The translations under genes and the position numbers were made by a program. Shown here in pieces: positions 53,558 to 64,000 of a stretch of 64,000 nt of DNA (position 1 is the first letter of the stretch; the number at the start of each line of letters is the position of its first letter). The notes beneath the pieces are model-generated. The model was not told where the DNA came from. It did not search any database and worked only from the letters and a program-made list of their open reading frames with translations. Origin of the DNA: Malacoraja senta (lineage: Eukaryota); the NCBI GenBank assembly GCA_038087875.1, contig JAXLNO010005151.1:186001-250000 (forward strand). Reading direction: 5' to 3'.

Positions 53558-54535
53558 TGAGACCAGTGTCAAAATACACAATGAATATAGACCTCTCCAT
53601 CTCTATGTAAATATAGTTAAATCTTTAAAAGGAAACATAAATGTTAAAAAAAAGCAAAGATAAAAAGACAAAAAGAAAAAGAAAAAACAAAACCCCCCTA
53701 AACTAAAAAAAAATTAAAAAAATTGGATAATAATAAAATAAGAATAAAAATAATATAAATAAATAAAACAAAACAGAGCAAAACCGAATCTGAACTGAGA
53801 AATTCAACAATTTACGTCTGTTTGTCGTCAAGTCCGTTCCACCCTATGAAGGTAAAATAATTTTTATAAAGGTTAAAGAGGGAACAATTTATGTTGTATG
53901 AAAGTGTTCAATAAATTTTCCCCAAGTCTTATCAAATTGAACCAAGGGTTCAACAATGTCACTTCTGATTTTTTCTAAATTTAAACATGATATCGTTTCA
54001 GAATACCACTGGAGTGTGGTCGGAGGGTTGGAATCTTTCCATTTAATGAAAATAAATCTTCTGGCAATTAATGTGGTAAAAGCAATCAACCGATGGGCGG
54101 AGTGGGACAAATGAATAGAATCTAACATTGGTAACCCAAAAATTGCAGTAATAGGATGAGGTTGTAAATCTATACCTAAGACTACCGAAATAGTATCAAA
54201 AATTTATTTCCAATATTTTTCCAAAAGAGGGCAGGACCAAAACATATGGGTCAGTGATGCCACTTCAGAGTTACATCTGTCACAGGTAGGATTTATATGA
54301 CCATAAAAACGAGCTAACTTGACTTCCGGTGGCGCTATGGAGGCTTGAGTCCAGTACCAACTAGCTCCGTGCCGAAGAATCTGAAAACGGGAGAAAATCG
54401 GGTCTTACCTGCAGCGATCGCGATCTGAACGGCTGCCTGCCGCGTGACGTCATCAGGCGCGCGACTTTGACGGTATGTCGACGCAACATACCCCCCCCCC
54501 GTGTGCCAAAAAAACCCGTTAAAGGGAAACCACCG

Positions 54536-55531
54536 ATGGAAGAGGTAGGCCTAACTGAGGCCTCGGCCTCAGGTACAATGACGGCCCAGGAAGACCCAAC
54601 GAAGAAATCAAAGCAGAAAAAGTCTGAAATTGAAGATCTTAAAACTTTTCTCGCTGTTGAAATTAAACAGATTCAACTACAGTTGAAAACCTTTGAAGGA
54701 AAATTGAATTTTAAAGAGGAACTTAACTCTTTTAAGGTAGATTTTAAAGCAGAAATGCTTTCTACCGTTCAAGAAATACTGGAAGTCTGGAAGAGGTCGA
54801 GGGACGATGAGGTCAAGGAACAGATGGAAGTGCTGGAAGCCAGGTTCGTTTCGGTGGAATCGAACGCTAATATGGAGGTGGTCCCCATTCATCAAGCACT
54901 TGATCAACATAGAACAGCGATAACCGAACTTGAGAAATGGGCGGCGACAAGTGAGGAAACTGTAAATCGACTCCTTATTGAAAACCAACGCCTCTCCGGT
55001 ATGGTGATCAAATTAAGTGATAAGTGTACCGATTTGGAGGGGCGTCAAAGACGCAAGAATTTAAGAATTGTAGGGGTGAAAGAAGGAAGTGAGAGGGAAA
55101 TGGGCCCTCGGGATTTTGTGGCAGACCTACTACAAAAAGCCTTAAAATTGGATCAAAAACCTTCACTCGGTCGAGCACATAGAGCGCAGGGGCGTCGTAC
55201 ACAAGATGATGCCCATCCAAGACAAATTATAGTAAAGGTGCAACTTGATCATGAATTTGACGAGATAATGAAGAAAATCGTCCGAAGCGGACAGCTCTAT
55301 TTTGAAGGTGCGAGGTTCAGTATTTACCGAGATTATCCGGCAGAGGTCTTCAAGAAAAGAGCACTGTTCACTGAGACAAAAAGAATACTGAAGAAGGTAC
55401 CTGATTTGAGATACGGCTTGCTTTACCCCGCAAGACTAAGAGTCACCTACAAGCAAAAGGAGCAATTTTTTACAGACCATGAAAAAGCACTGGAATATGC
55501 CAAAGAAATCGGGAACGTGACCACAGACTGA
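54536..55531 (+). CDS. L1 ORF1p (coiled coil, RRM, CTD), uninterrupted
   Basis: From ATG 54536: coiled-coil region, LEGRQRRKNLRIVGVKEG, RAHRA, PRQIIVK, IYRDYP, YGLLYPARLRV. Confidence 0.9.
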   Translation: MEEVGLTEASASGTMTAQEDPTKKSKQKKSEIEDLKTFLAVEIKQIQLQLKTFEGKLNFKEELNSFKVDFKAEMLSTVQEILEVWKRSRDDEVKEQMEVLEARFVSVESNANMEVVPIHQALDQHRTAITELEKWAATSEETVNRLLIENQRLSGMVIKLSDKCTDLEGRQRRKNLRIVGVKEGSEREMGPRDFVADLLQKALKLDQKPSLGRAHRAQGRRTQDDAHPRQIIVKVQLDHEFDEIMKKIVRSGQLYFEGARFSIYRDYPAEVFKKRALFTETKRILKKVPDLRYGLLYPARLRVTYKQKEQFFTDHEKALEYAKEIGNVTTD

Positions 55532-56147
55532 AGAATTTACATTACTCCTCAGGAGTCAAGGATTAACGGGACTTCACCAGATTTAAAAGGACCTTTAAAG
55601 TTCTTTTAAGAGCTTTAAGGACATTCGAAAACCGAAATGGACGGTGGACATTGGAGAAACCCGTGGGTTTTTTTTTGGTTTTTTTTAAATCTTTTTTTAT
55701 TTTTAGTATAAACTTTAAGAACAATAATATCATAGTTGTGACCAATTGTTATTAATCACTATTACTATTTAGTATATTCATATCTAACTATATATGTAAC
55801 TGCTAATACTTATTAAATATCTATATTACTACTAAAATTATTAACATTTATATTACTCATAAAAATTTAATACTGGGTATGATCGATAACAATGATTAAT
55901 AACTAACAATCTCTGGTTAACGTAGAAATGAGTTACATACTTATATTCTACAGGAAGATGTGCAAGAGGTAATTCAGCCTACGTCATAATAAGGTTTGAC
56001 GGTTTTTCTCTTTATTTTTCAATTTAAAATTAAATTTATAGATTTAGCGAAGATATTAATATGGTATGTAGAGAATAATAACGTTGTGAATTTATGTTGT
56101 TTTCGGACTTTTCTGCAGGGATATGTGCGTATATATGTATGCATATG

Positions 56148-56150
<3 letters not shown>

Positions 56151-56199
<49 letters not shown>

Positions 56200-56230
56200 T
56201 GTGTGTGTGTATGTAGGGGTATATATATAT
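56151..56230. repeat. (TA)n/(TG)n microsatellite in the L1 inter-ORF spacer
   Basis: Direct reading. Confidence 0.95.
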
Positions 56231-56610
56231 GTTTGCTACTCCCAAAGAAGTTAATTGATTGTCAGAAATATTCTTTCTTTTTTTTTTCGGGCACGGAGCT
56301 GGGAATTTTTTTTTTACAAAGGCTACGGAAGTCTTTAGAATTCTAGCCACGTTAGTGTGGCTATCACTAACTACACTAATTGTAGATGTAGTTTTTTTTC
56401 TTTCACCCTATACTAACCAATTCTATCACTTTTTTCACTTTAAATATTTTTATAACTTAATGTTTGAATGGAACAACAAGACTAATTCAAGGAGATGTGT
56501 TCGGAAGAGCGATGTATATGATTTTAAATTCATCTATTCGAGGTTCGGGAGCAGGGTCAGGTTTTATGTGTTGCACCTTCTGCTCGGTTATAGACCACCT
56601 TAGAAACAAT

Positions 56611-59600
56611 ATGCAAGATGTTAATATGACAAGAGGGGGTCAGGGAATAACATTTTGTAGTTGGAATGTTAAGGGAATCAATGAACCAATTAAGAGAGGT
56701 AAAGTTTTGGCACATCTAAATTCAATCAAAACAGATATAATATTCCTTCAAGAAACACACCTTAAAAAGGAATCTCAACATAGACTTAAAGCTAAGTGGA
56801 TTGCTGAATCATATCATTCCTCTTTTTCCCATAAGTCCAGAGGAGTTGCAATATTAATTCGTAAAGGAATACCTTTTACGAATTCATCAACAATAGCGGA
56901 TATTGATGGTAGATATATTATATTAGTTGGAGAGTTAAATGGAGAGAAAGTGATTCTTCTTAATGTATATGGGCCTAATTTTGATAACCCTATGTTTTTT
57001 AATAAAACATTTAATAAAATTCCTGAATTTACACAATATAAATTAATAATTGGAGGAGACTTCAATTGCACATTAGATTCATACTTAGATAGATCATCAA
57101 GGCAAAAAAAAGTAAAATCTCAATCAAGTGTATTTTTAAATTCATTTATTAATACCACTAATATTAAGGATGTCTGGAGAATTGAAAATCCAACTGGACG
57201 GGAATATTCATTTTACTCACCAGTACATAAAACATACTCAAGAATAGATTATTTTTTAGTTGACTCCACGTTTATCCCATTTACTTACAACTCAAAACAC
57301 CATAATATTATAATCTCAGATCACGCACCTGTAACATTCATGATTAAATTAAATGGAATGTCCGAGAAACAAACATATTGGAGATTTAACCCACAAATTT
57401 TGAACGAAAGATCATGCGAAGAATATCTTACTAAACAGATTCAAATATTTTTTGTGGTATATGACAACCCTGACACACCTACTTCTCTTATGTGGGAAAC
57501 GTTTAAAGCGTTTGTTCGAGGTGCATTAATTTCTGCTCAAGTATTTTATAATAAAGAGAACAGGATTAAACAACAAACATTGGAAAGGGAAATCAAGCAA
57601 CAAGATATAGAAAATGCGAGAATGCCATCTATTTTAAAACATAATAAAATTGCTGTATTGAAATATAAATTAAACAAAATGTATTCAGAACAAGTAATAA
57701 AACTTTATCAAAAAACAAACAATTACATTTTGAGTTTGGAGACAAACCACAAAAACTATTAGCACGTCAGTTACGAAAAATGGAAGGGGAAAAAATAATT
57801 CATAAAATTAGAACAGAGACAGGAGAATTATTAAAAATGCCCAAGGATATAAACGAAAGATTTCTCCAATACTATCATAATCTTTATTCAACTAAAACTG
57901 TAGTACAACCAGAAGGAATAGCAGATTTTTTACTAAAATGTAATTTAAAAGGTTTAGATTCAAACGATAGAGAATTATTAGAAAGGGAGATTACGATAAA
58001 GGATATTGAGGAGTCTATTGGCTCTTTAAAAAATGGTAAAGCAGTAGGACCAGATGGTTTAGGCTCTGAATTCTATAAAAAAAATTATGACTTGCTCTCC
58101 CCACGTTTACAAAGGCTGTATGAGCATATCTATACTCAACAGAAACTTCCAGATACTTTAAATGAATCTATAATAACACTTATTCCTAAAGTTGATAAAG
58201 ATCCGGAAGATCCGGGATCATATAGAGCAATTGCACTTTTAAATACAGATCAGAAAATATTAACTAAAATACTAGCGCATAGATTAAGTACAGTGATGAA
58301 TAAATTAATACACCCTCACCAAACAGGCTTTACTCAGAAACGGTACTCATATTATAATCTAAGAAGATTATTTAATATTATTTATTCTAAGAGAATTATT
58401 AATGAAGATCTAGCAATAATCTCACTTGACGCTGAAAAAGCATTTGATCAGGTTGAATGGTCTTATTTATTTTCGGTGATGGAAAATATGCAGCTAGGGG
58501 AGAAATTCTGCACATGGATAAAACTGTTATATACAAACCCTACGGCTAGAATATTAACAAACCAAAGGTTGTCATCTAAATTCAGCCTATCTAGAGGTTG
58601 TAGACAAGGATGCCCGTTATCTCCATTATTATTTGCGCTTGCTATTGAGCCACTCGCAGAAAGAGTTAGGGGTCATCCGGAAATACATGGGTATAACACA
58701 AAGGACACAGTGAATAAAATTTCTCTATACGCAGATGATGTACTAATTTACATTACAAAACCAGAAATTAGTATTCCAAACTTATTAAAGCTAATAACCC
58801 AATTTGGTTCACTCTCAGGATACAGAATAAATTGGAATAAAAGTGAAATTATGCCAATAAGGGAACACAACAAACAGATAATACAACAATTTCCATTTAA
58901 AATAGTAAACGAAAAATTTAAATACCTAGGCATTTACGTAACTAAGATATATACATCATTATTTAAAGCAAATTTCCCCCCATTACTGAACAAACTACAT
59001 AAGAATATTCAATATTGGAAAACACTTCCTATCTCAATGGTTGGCAAAATTAATGCCATAAAAATGATTTTTTTACCGCAAATATTATACCTTTTTCAGA
59101 CAATTCCGATATATTTGTCAAAAAACTTTTTTAAAAAATTGGATTCCATTGTTAATGATTTTATCTGGGATTATAAGAATCATAGGATAAATAAAAGACA
59201 TTTGTGTAAATCAAAAATAAATGGAGGCTTGGTTTTACCCAACTTTCTGTTTTATTTTTGGGCAGTTAATATTAAAAATATGAATTTCTGGTTGGAAGAA
59301 ATAGATCAACAACTAGATTGGTTAAAAATGGAAAAGGAAGATTGTTTACCTTTTGATATCGGCTCGATATTATTTGCTACGTCTAAATTAAACAAAAAAA
59401 ATTGTAGGAAAACCCTATAATATTTAGTGCTATACGAATTTGGAAACAATTAAAAAAGACATTAAAATTAGATAATTTATCACTTTTTCTTCCAATTGTG
59501 AATAACCCTTTGTTTAAGCCCTCATGGTTGGACAGGGGTTTTACACAATGGAAGAATTATGGAATTAAAAATATGGGACAACTTTACAAGGAAGGCACCT

Positions 59601-60424
59601 TTCTGACATTTCAGGAGTTGCAACAGACTTATGGACTTCAAGGAAATGATTTTTTCAGATATCTTCAACTCAGAGATTATGTAAAATCGAATACTCAAAA
59701 TTTTTGAATTAGAAATTCAGAAATTCTTGACGAATGTTGGAATAAACATCCTAATACAGAAAAAATAATATCTTATATATATAATATTTTATTAGACAGT
59801 GACATTCCATCGACGGACTTACACAGACAAACATGGGAAAAATAATTAAATCAAATAATAACGAAAGATACTTGGGAAGAAAGTTTACAACACATACATC
59901 AATGTTCATTAAATGCCAGACATTCATTAATACAATTTAAAGTAATACATAGGTTACATTATTCAAAAACAAAATTACATAAAATCTTTCAACATATCTC
60001 ACCTATATGTGATAAATGTCAACATTTAGAAGCTAACTTATCTCATATGTTTGCAAACTGTATAAAAATAAAAAAATTCTGGGTAAATATTTTCAGTATA
60101 ATATCTAAAGTGACCAGCACACAATTGGACCCGGATCCAAAATTAATAATACTCGGAACATTAGAATTAAATCAAACATTTAAAACAACACAAAGAAACT
60201 TTATTGATTATAGTATAATAACGGGAAAAAAATTAATTCTAAAATTTTGGAAAGGCCCTATAACCCCCACAATCAAAATGTGGATTATAGAAATGACGGA
60301 GACCTTAAACGTGGAAATAATCAGATTTTCCCTGTTGGACAAACAGGAATTATTCGTTGGAACATTGTCTCCCTTTATTGATTATTTAAAGGGTCAGAAT
60401 GGTTCAGCACAGGAACCTGACTAG
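56611..60424 (+). pseudogene. L1 ORF2p (APE endonuclease, RT, C-terminal Cys motif) broken by frameshifts
   Basis: SWNVKG, FLQETHL, GGDFN, SRIDYF, SDHAP in 56611-57762; GPDG, SLDAEKAFD, RQGCPLSPLLF, LYADD in 57780-59420; further pieces to 60424. Confidence 0.9.
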
Positions 60425-63400
60425 CACTCGGGCTAAAGAATGGATGAAATGCTATACTCTGAAATGTACGAATATATCTCGAATGAAGTTTTTTATTTTA
60501 ATACATTTTTCCATTCTTCTTTAACTATCTTTTTCTTTTCTGTTTTTTTTTTTTTTTTTTTTTTTTCCTTTCTTTCTCTTTTCTTCTCTCCCTTTTCTTT
60601 CTTTACTTCATCTATCTTTTTAGTTCTATCTAGTTTAAAAAAAACAAAAAAAGGCAAAAGGTATTGGAGACAATGTAATAATAATTGACAATATTATCAA
60701 TTCAAAAATGTAAGACTGGTAATGATGTTAATAGGTTGTGTACTTATCTCCAATAAAAAATATTTTCAACAAAAAAAAAAACGAGCTAACTTATCTTTTG
60801 ACATATGAGCTCTGTGAACCACCTTGAATTGTATCAAAGCGTGTCTGCACACATTGAAGAGGTATTAACTAATTGAAGGATCCTCTCCCATTTCTCTATA
60901 GATAAAGACATTTGGAGTTCTCTTTCCCAGTCATTATTAATTTTATCAAATGTATCTATTTGTAATTTTAAAATCAACTCATGAATAGTCGTTATTAATT
61001 CTTTCTGATAAGGGTTCAACTGTAAAAAAAAATCAAAAATTTTGGGTTGATGTGGTAGCGGAAAAAGGGGTAGTTCCTTTTGTCTAATTTGTAAATATCT
61101 AAAAAAGTGTGAATTAGGTAAGTTATTGGAGAGTTGTTCGAAAGACATAAAACAACCCTCCAAAAACAAATCACAAAAAGCTACTAATCCCTTCCTCTTC
61201 CATAACAAAAAAACTTGATCAGTACTAGATGGTTGGAAGAGAAATTTGGATAAAATCAGATAGTCCAAAAAACTTATGAAATTGAAACCGTATTCGGAAC
61301 GTATGTCTTATTATTGGGTTCGTCATATATTTATTCAATCTCGTAATTGTAAAAGGTAACGAGGTCCCTAGAATAGAAGCCAATTATAGCCCTTGTAAGG
61401 AATCACGTTCTAGGTTTATCCATCCAGGGCATTGGGTATCTTCTAAATCTTTTGTCCAAAATGTTAAATAACGAACATTGACTGCCCAATAGTAGAGTCT
61501 AAGGTTCGGCATTGCCAAACCACCAACTTTTTTTGATTTCTGTAGGTATTTTTTACCTAGTCTGGCATTTTTATTCTGCCATATATATGAAGAAATTTTA
61601 GAGTCTATAATATCAAAGAAAGATTTGGCAATACAAATTGGTATCGTCTGAAATAAATACAGAAATTTAGGTAAAATGAGCATTTTAATAGCATTGATTC
61701 GGCCAATTAAGGATAAGGACATTGGTGACCATTTAGTGAACTGATGTTTAATATGGTCAATTAAAGGAATAAAATTAGCTTTAAATAAATCCTTGTGTTT
61801 CTTGGTGATCTTAATACCTAAATAAGTAAAACTTTCGGTAGTCAATCTAAATGGAAACTGTCCATAACTCGAAACAAAATTATATAATGGGAAAGCTCAC
61901 TCTTACTAAGATTTAGTTTATAACCAGAAAAACTACTGAATTGATTAAGTAATGCTACTATTGCCGGAATAGATTTCTCAGGGTTAGAAATAAATAATAA
62001 CAGATCATCTGCATAAAGAGATAGCTTATGTGTCTTATTCCCACGGACAATACCAAAAATATTAGGGGATTCCCTAATAGCAGTGGCTAAAGTTTCCAAA
62101 GCAATATGAAATAGTAAAGGACTTAAGGGACAGCCCTGTCTAGTACCTCGAAAGAGCCTGAAAAAAGGGGATCTCTGATTATTAGTAAATACAGAAGCCT
62201 GAGGTATAAGATATATCAGTTTGATCCAAGAGATAAATTTTGGACCAATCTTAACTTTTTCAAGTATATTGAATAAGTATTCCATTCTACTCTATCAATA
62301 GCCTTCTCGGCATCAAGTGAGATGACACATTCTGGGGTTTTATTAGACGCTGTATGTACAATATTTATTAATCTCCTAACATTAAAGAATGAGTAACGAT
62401 TTTTAATAAAACCTGTCTGATCTTCAGAGATAATTTGCGGTAAAATCTTTTCCAATCTAATAGCTAATATTTTGGAAAGAATTTTAAAATCTACATTTAA
62501 CATTGATATAGGTCTATATGATGTCACTTCAGTAGGGTCTTTATCTTTTTTTTAAATTAAAGAAATAGAAGCTTCATAAAAAGATTGTGGTAATCTATTC
62601 CTTTAAAAAAGCTTCTTTAAATACCTTGCATAGCCATGGAGACAATAAATTTGAGAAATACTTTAAAAATTCTACTGTAAACCCATCTAAACCGGGTGTT
62701 TTACCAGAATTCATTGAAAAAATTGCTCTCTGTATTTCTTCTTCCGTGATGGGTTCATCTAACAACAGAGACTCATTGTATGGTAAATTTGGTAAGTTCA
62801 GTTTCTTTAAAAACTCATGCATTATATTGGAATCAGTAGGAAAATCTGATTGGTATAGGGAGGTATAAAATTCCTGAAAGGATTTATTAATTTCGTCATG
62901 GTCTACAGTTACTGTACCATCCCGTTTACTCACTTTAGTAATCTGACTCTTGGCCGACACTGCTTTCAATTGATTAGTAAGTAATTTACCAGATTTTTGC
63001 CATTTATATAAAATTTACTTTTGGTTTTAAGTAACTGGTTCTCAATCGGTGATACTAATAACAAATCATATCTCAATTGAAGTTCAACTATTCTTATAGA
63101 GCTCTAAACTAGGAGCTTTTGAATATTTTTTATCAATTTCTTTAATCTCGTCAGCCAATGTGCGTATTTCTTTTTGTGTTTGTTTTTTTAATCCCGCGGA
63201 GTATGAAATAATTTGTCCATGAATATATGCCTTAAAAGCATCCCAAACTATATCATTCGATATCTCTTCATTAGAGTTTGTCAAGAAGTAAAAAGCAATC
63301 TGATCTTTCATAAACTTAATAAAGTTTAAGTCTTGAAGCAAAGTAGCATTAAATCGCCATTGTTTAGCACTAAACTTGGAATCAGGTAGTTTGATCAATA

Positions 63401-64000
63401 GTTTCACTGGTGCATGATCAGAAATAGCAATTGTATCATACTCACATGCAATGACGAATGGAATTAGCCGAGAATCTAGTATAAAATAGTCGATCCTAGA
63501 ATAATTATGATATACATGAGAGAAAAATGAAAATTCTTTGTCATTTGCGTGTAAGAATCTCCAAATTTCTAACATTCCCGAGTCAAGTAAAAAAGAATTA
63601 ATAAAATTAGCTGATTTATTTGGAAGCACATGATCAGATGTAGACGTATCAATCGAGGGATTCAAACAGCAATTGAAGTCTCCACCCATTATTAAAAAGT
63701 GTTCATTTAAGTTAGGAAAGGATGTAATTAACTGTTTAAAAAACTCAGGGTGATCAATATTTGGTGCATAGACATTCACCATAGTGACTTTTTGCCTATA
63801 AAGGACACCGGTAATCACCAAGAATCTGCTATATGGATCAGAAATTGTTTCATGGTGAACAAACGGAAATGAGGGGTCGATAAAAATAGAGACTCCTTTC
63901 CCCTTAGCCTGTGAATTTGAATGAAACTGCTGTCCTCTCCAAAACTTGAAAAATCGTGACTTGTCATCTTGCCTTACATGAGTTTCCTGAACAAAGATAA

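Larger units (their letters stand above)
54321..60776 (+). mobile_element. Full-length young L1-clade LINE
   Basis: Starts gacttccggtggcg. AATAAA at ~60752, then an A-tail. Perfect 16-bp TSD aaaaacgagctaactt (54305-54320, 60777-60792). Confidence 0.95.
48391..64000 (-). mobile_element. Older L1-clade LINE (ORF2 plus 3' UTR), host of the DIRS and + strand L1 insertions; runs off the window end
   Basis: Minus-strand EN (VNVYAPN, IMGGDFN, YSRIDYF, SDHAP) at 63084-63821 and RT (GKTPGLDG, SLDAEKA, RQGCPLSPLLF, LYADD) at 61842-62969. C-terminus at 53889-54300; 3' poly(A) end near 48391. Confidence 0.9.

Noticed and set aside
55996-56603. Hydrophobic ORFs in the L1 spacer
   Set aside because: Low-complexity TA/T-rich sequence.
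56464-56610. N-terminal extension of L1 ORF2 in the ORF track
   Set aside because: It starts at a non-ATG codon in the spacer; endonuclease homology begins just after ATG 56611.

Overview
Vertebrate genomic DNA, almost certainly a cartilaginous fish (skate/ray/shark): it is dense in HE1/V-SINE-like SINEs, CR1, Rex1-like, L1 and Penelope-like repeats. The only host gene I can support is a + strand MHC class I-like gene with three cleanly spliced phase-1 exons: alpha1 (17153-17413), alpha3/Ig-C1 (41918-42184) and connecting peptide/TM (44868-44975). I could not find an alpha2 exon in the 24.5 kb between alpha1 and alpha3. The only unsequenced stretch there (three N-runs) lies inside two nested hAT transposons whose TIRs and 8-bp TSDs can be read. 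Alpha1 splices in frame to alpha3. The rest of the window is a stack of mobile DNA: a hAT nested in a hAT with a 3.5-kb higher-order minisatellite; a DIRS1-type tyrosine-recombinase retrotransposon with its internal complementary region; a young full-length L1 inserted antisense into an older L1; Harbinger-type MITEs; a solo LTR; and about two dozen Penelope-derived short elements with hammerhead-ribozyme-like cores. All of this was read by eye, with no database searches. Repeat boundaries are approximate unless TIRs or TSDs are quoted.
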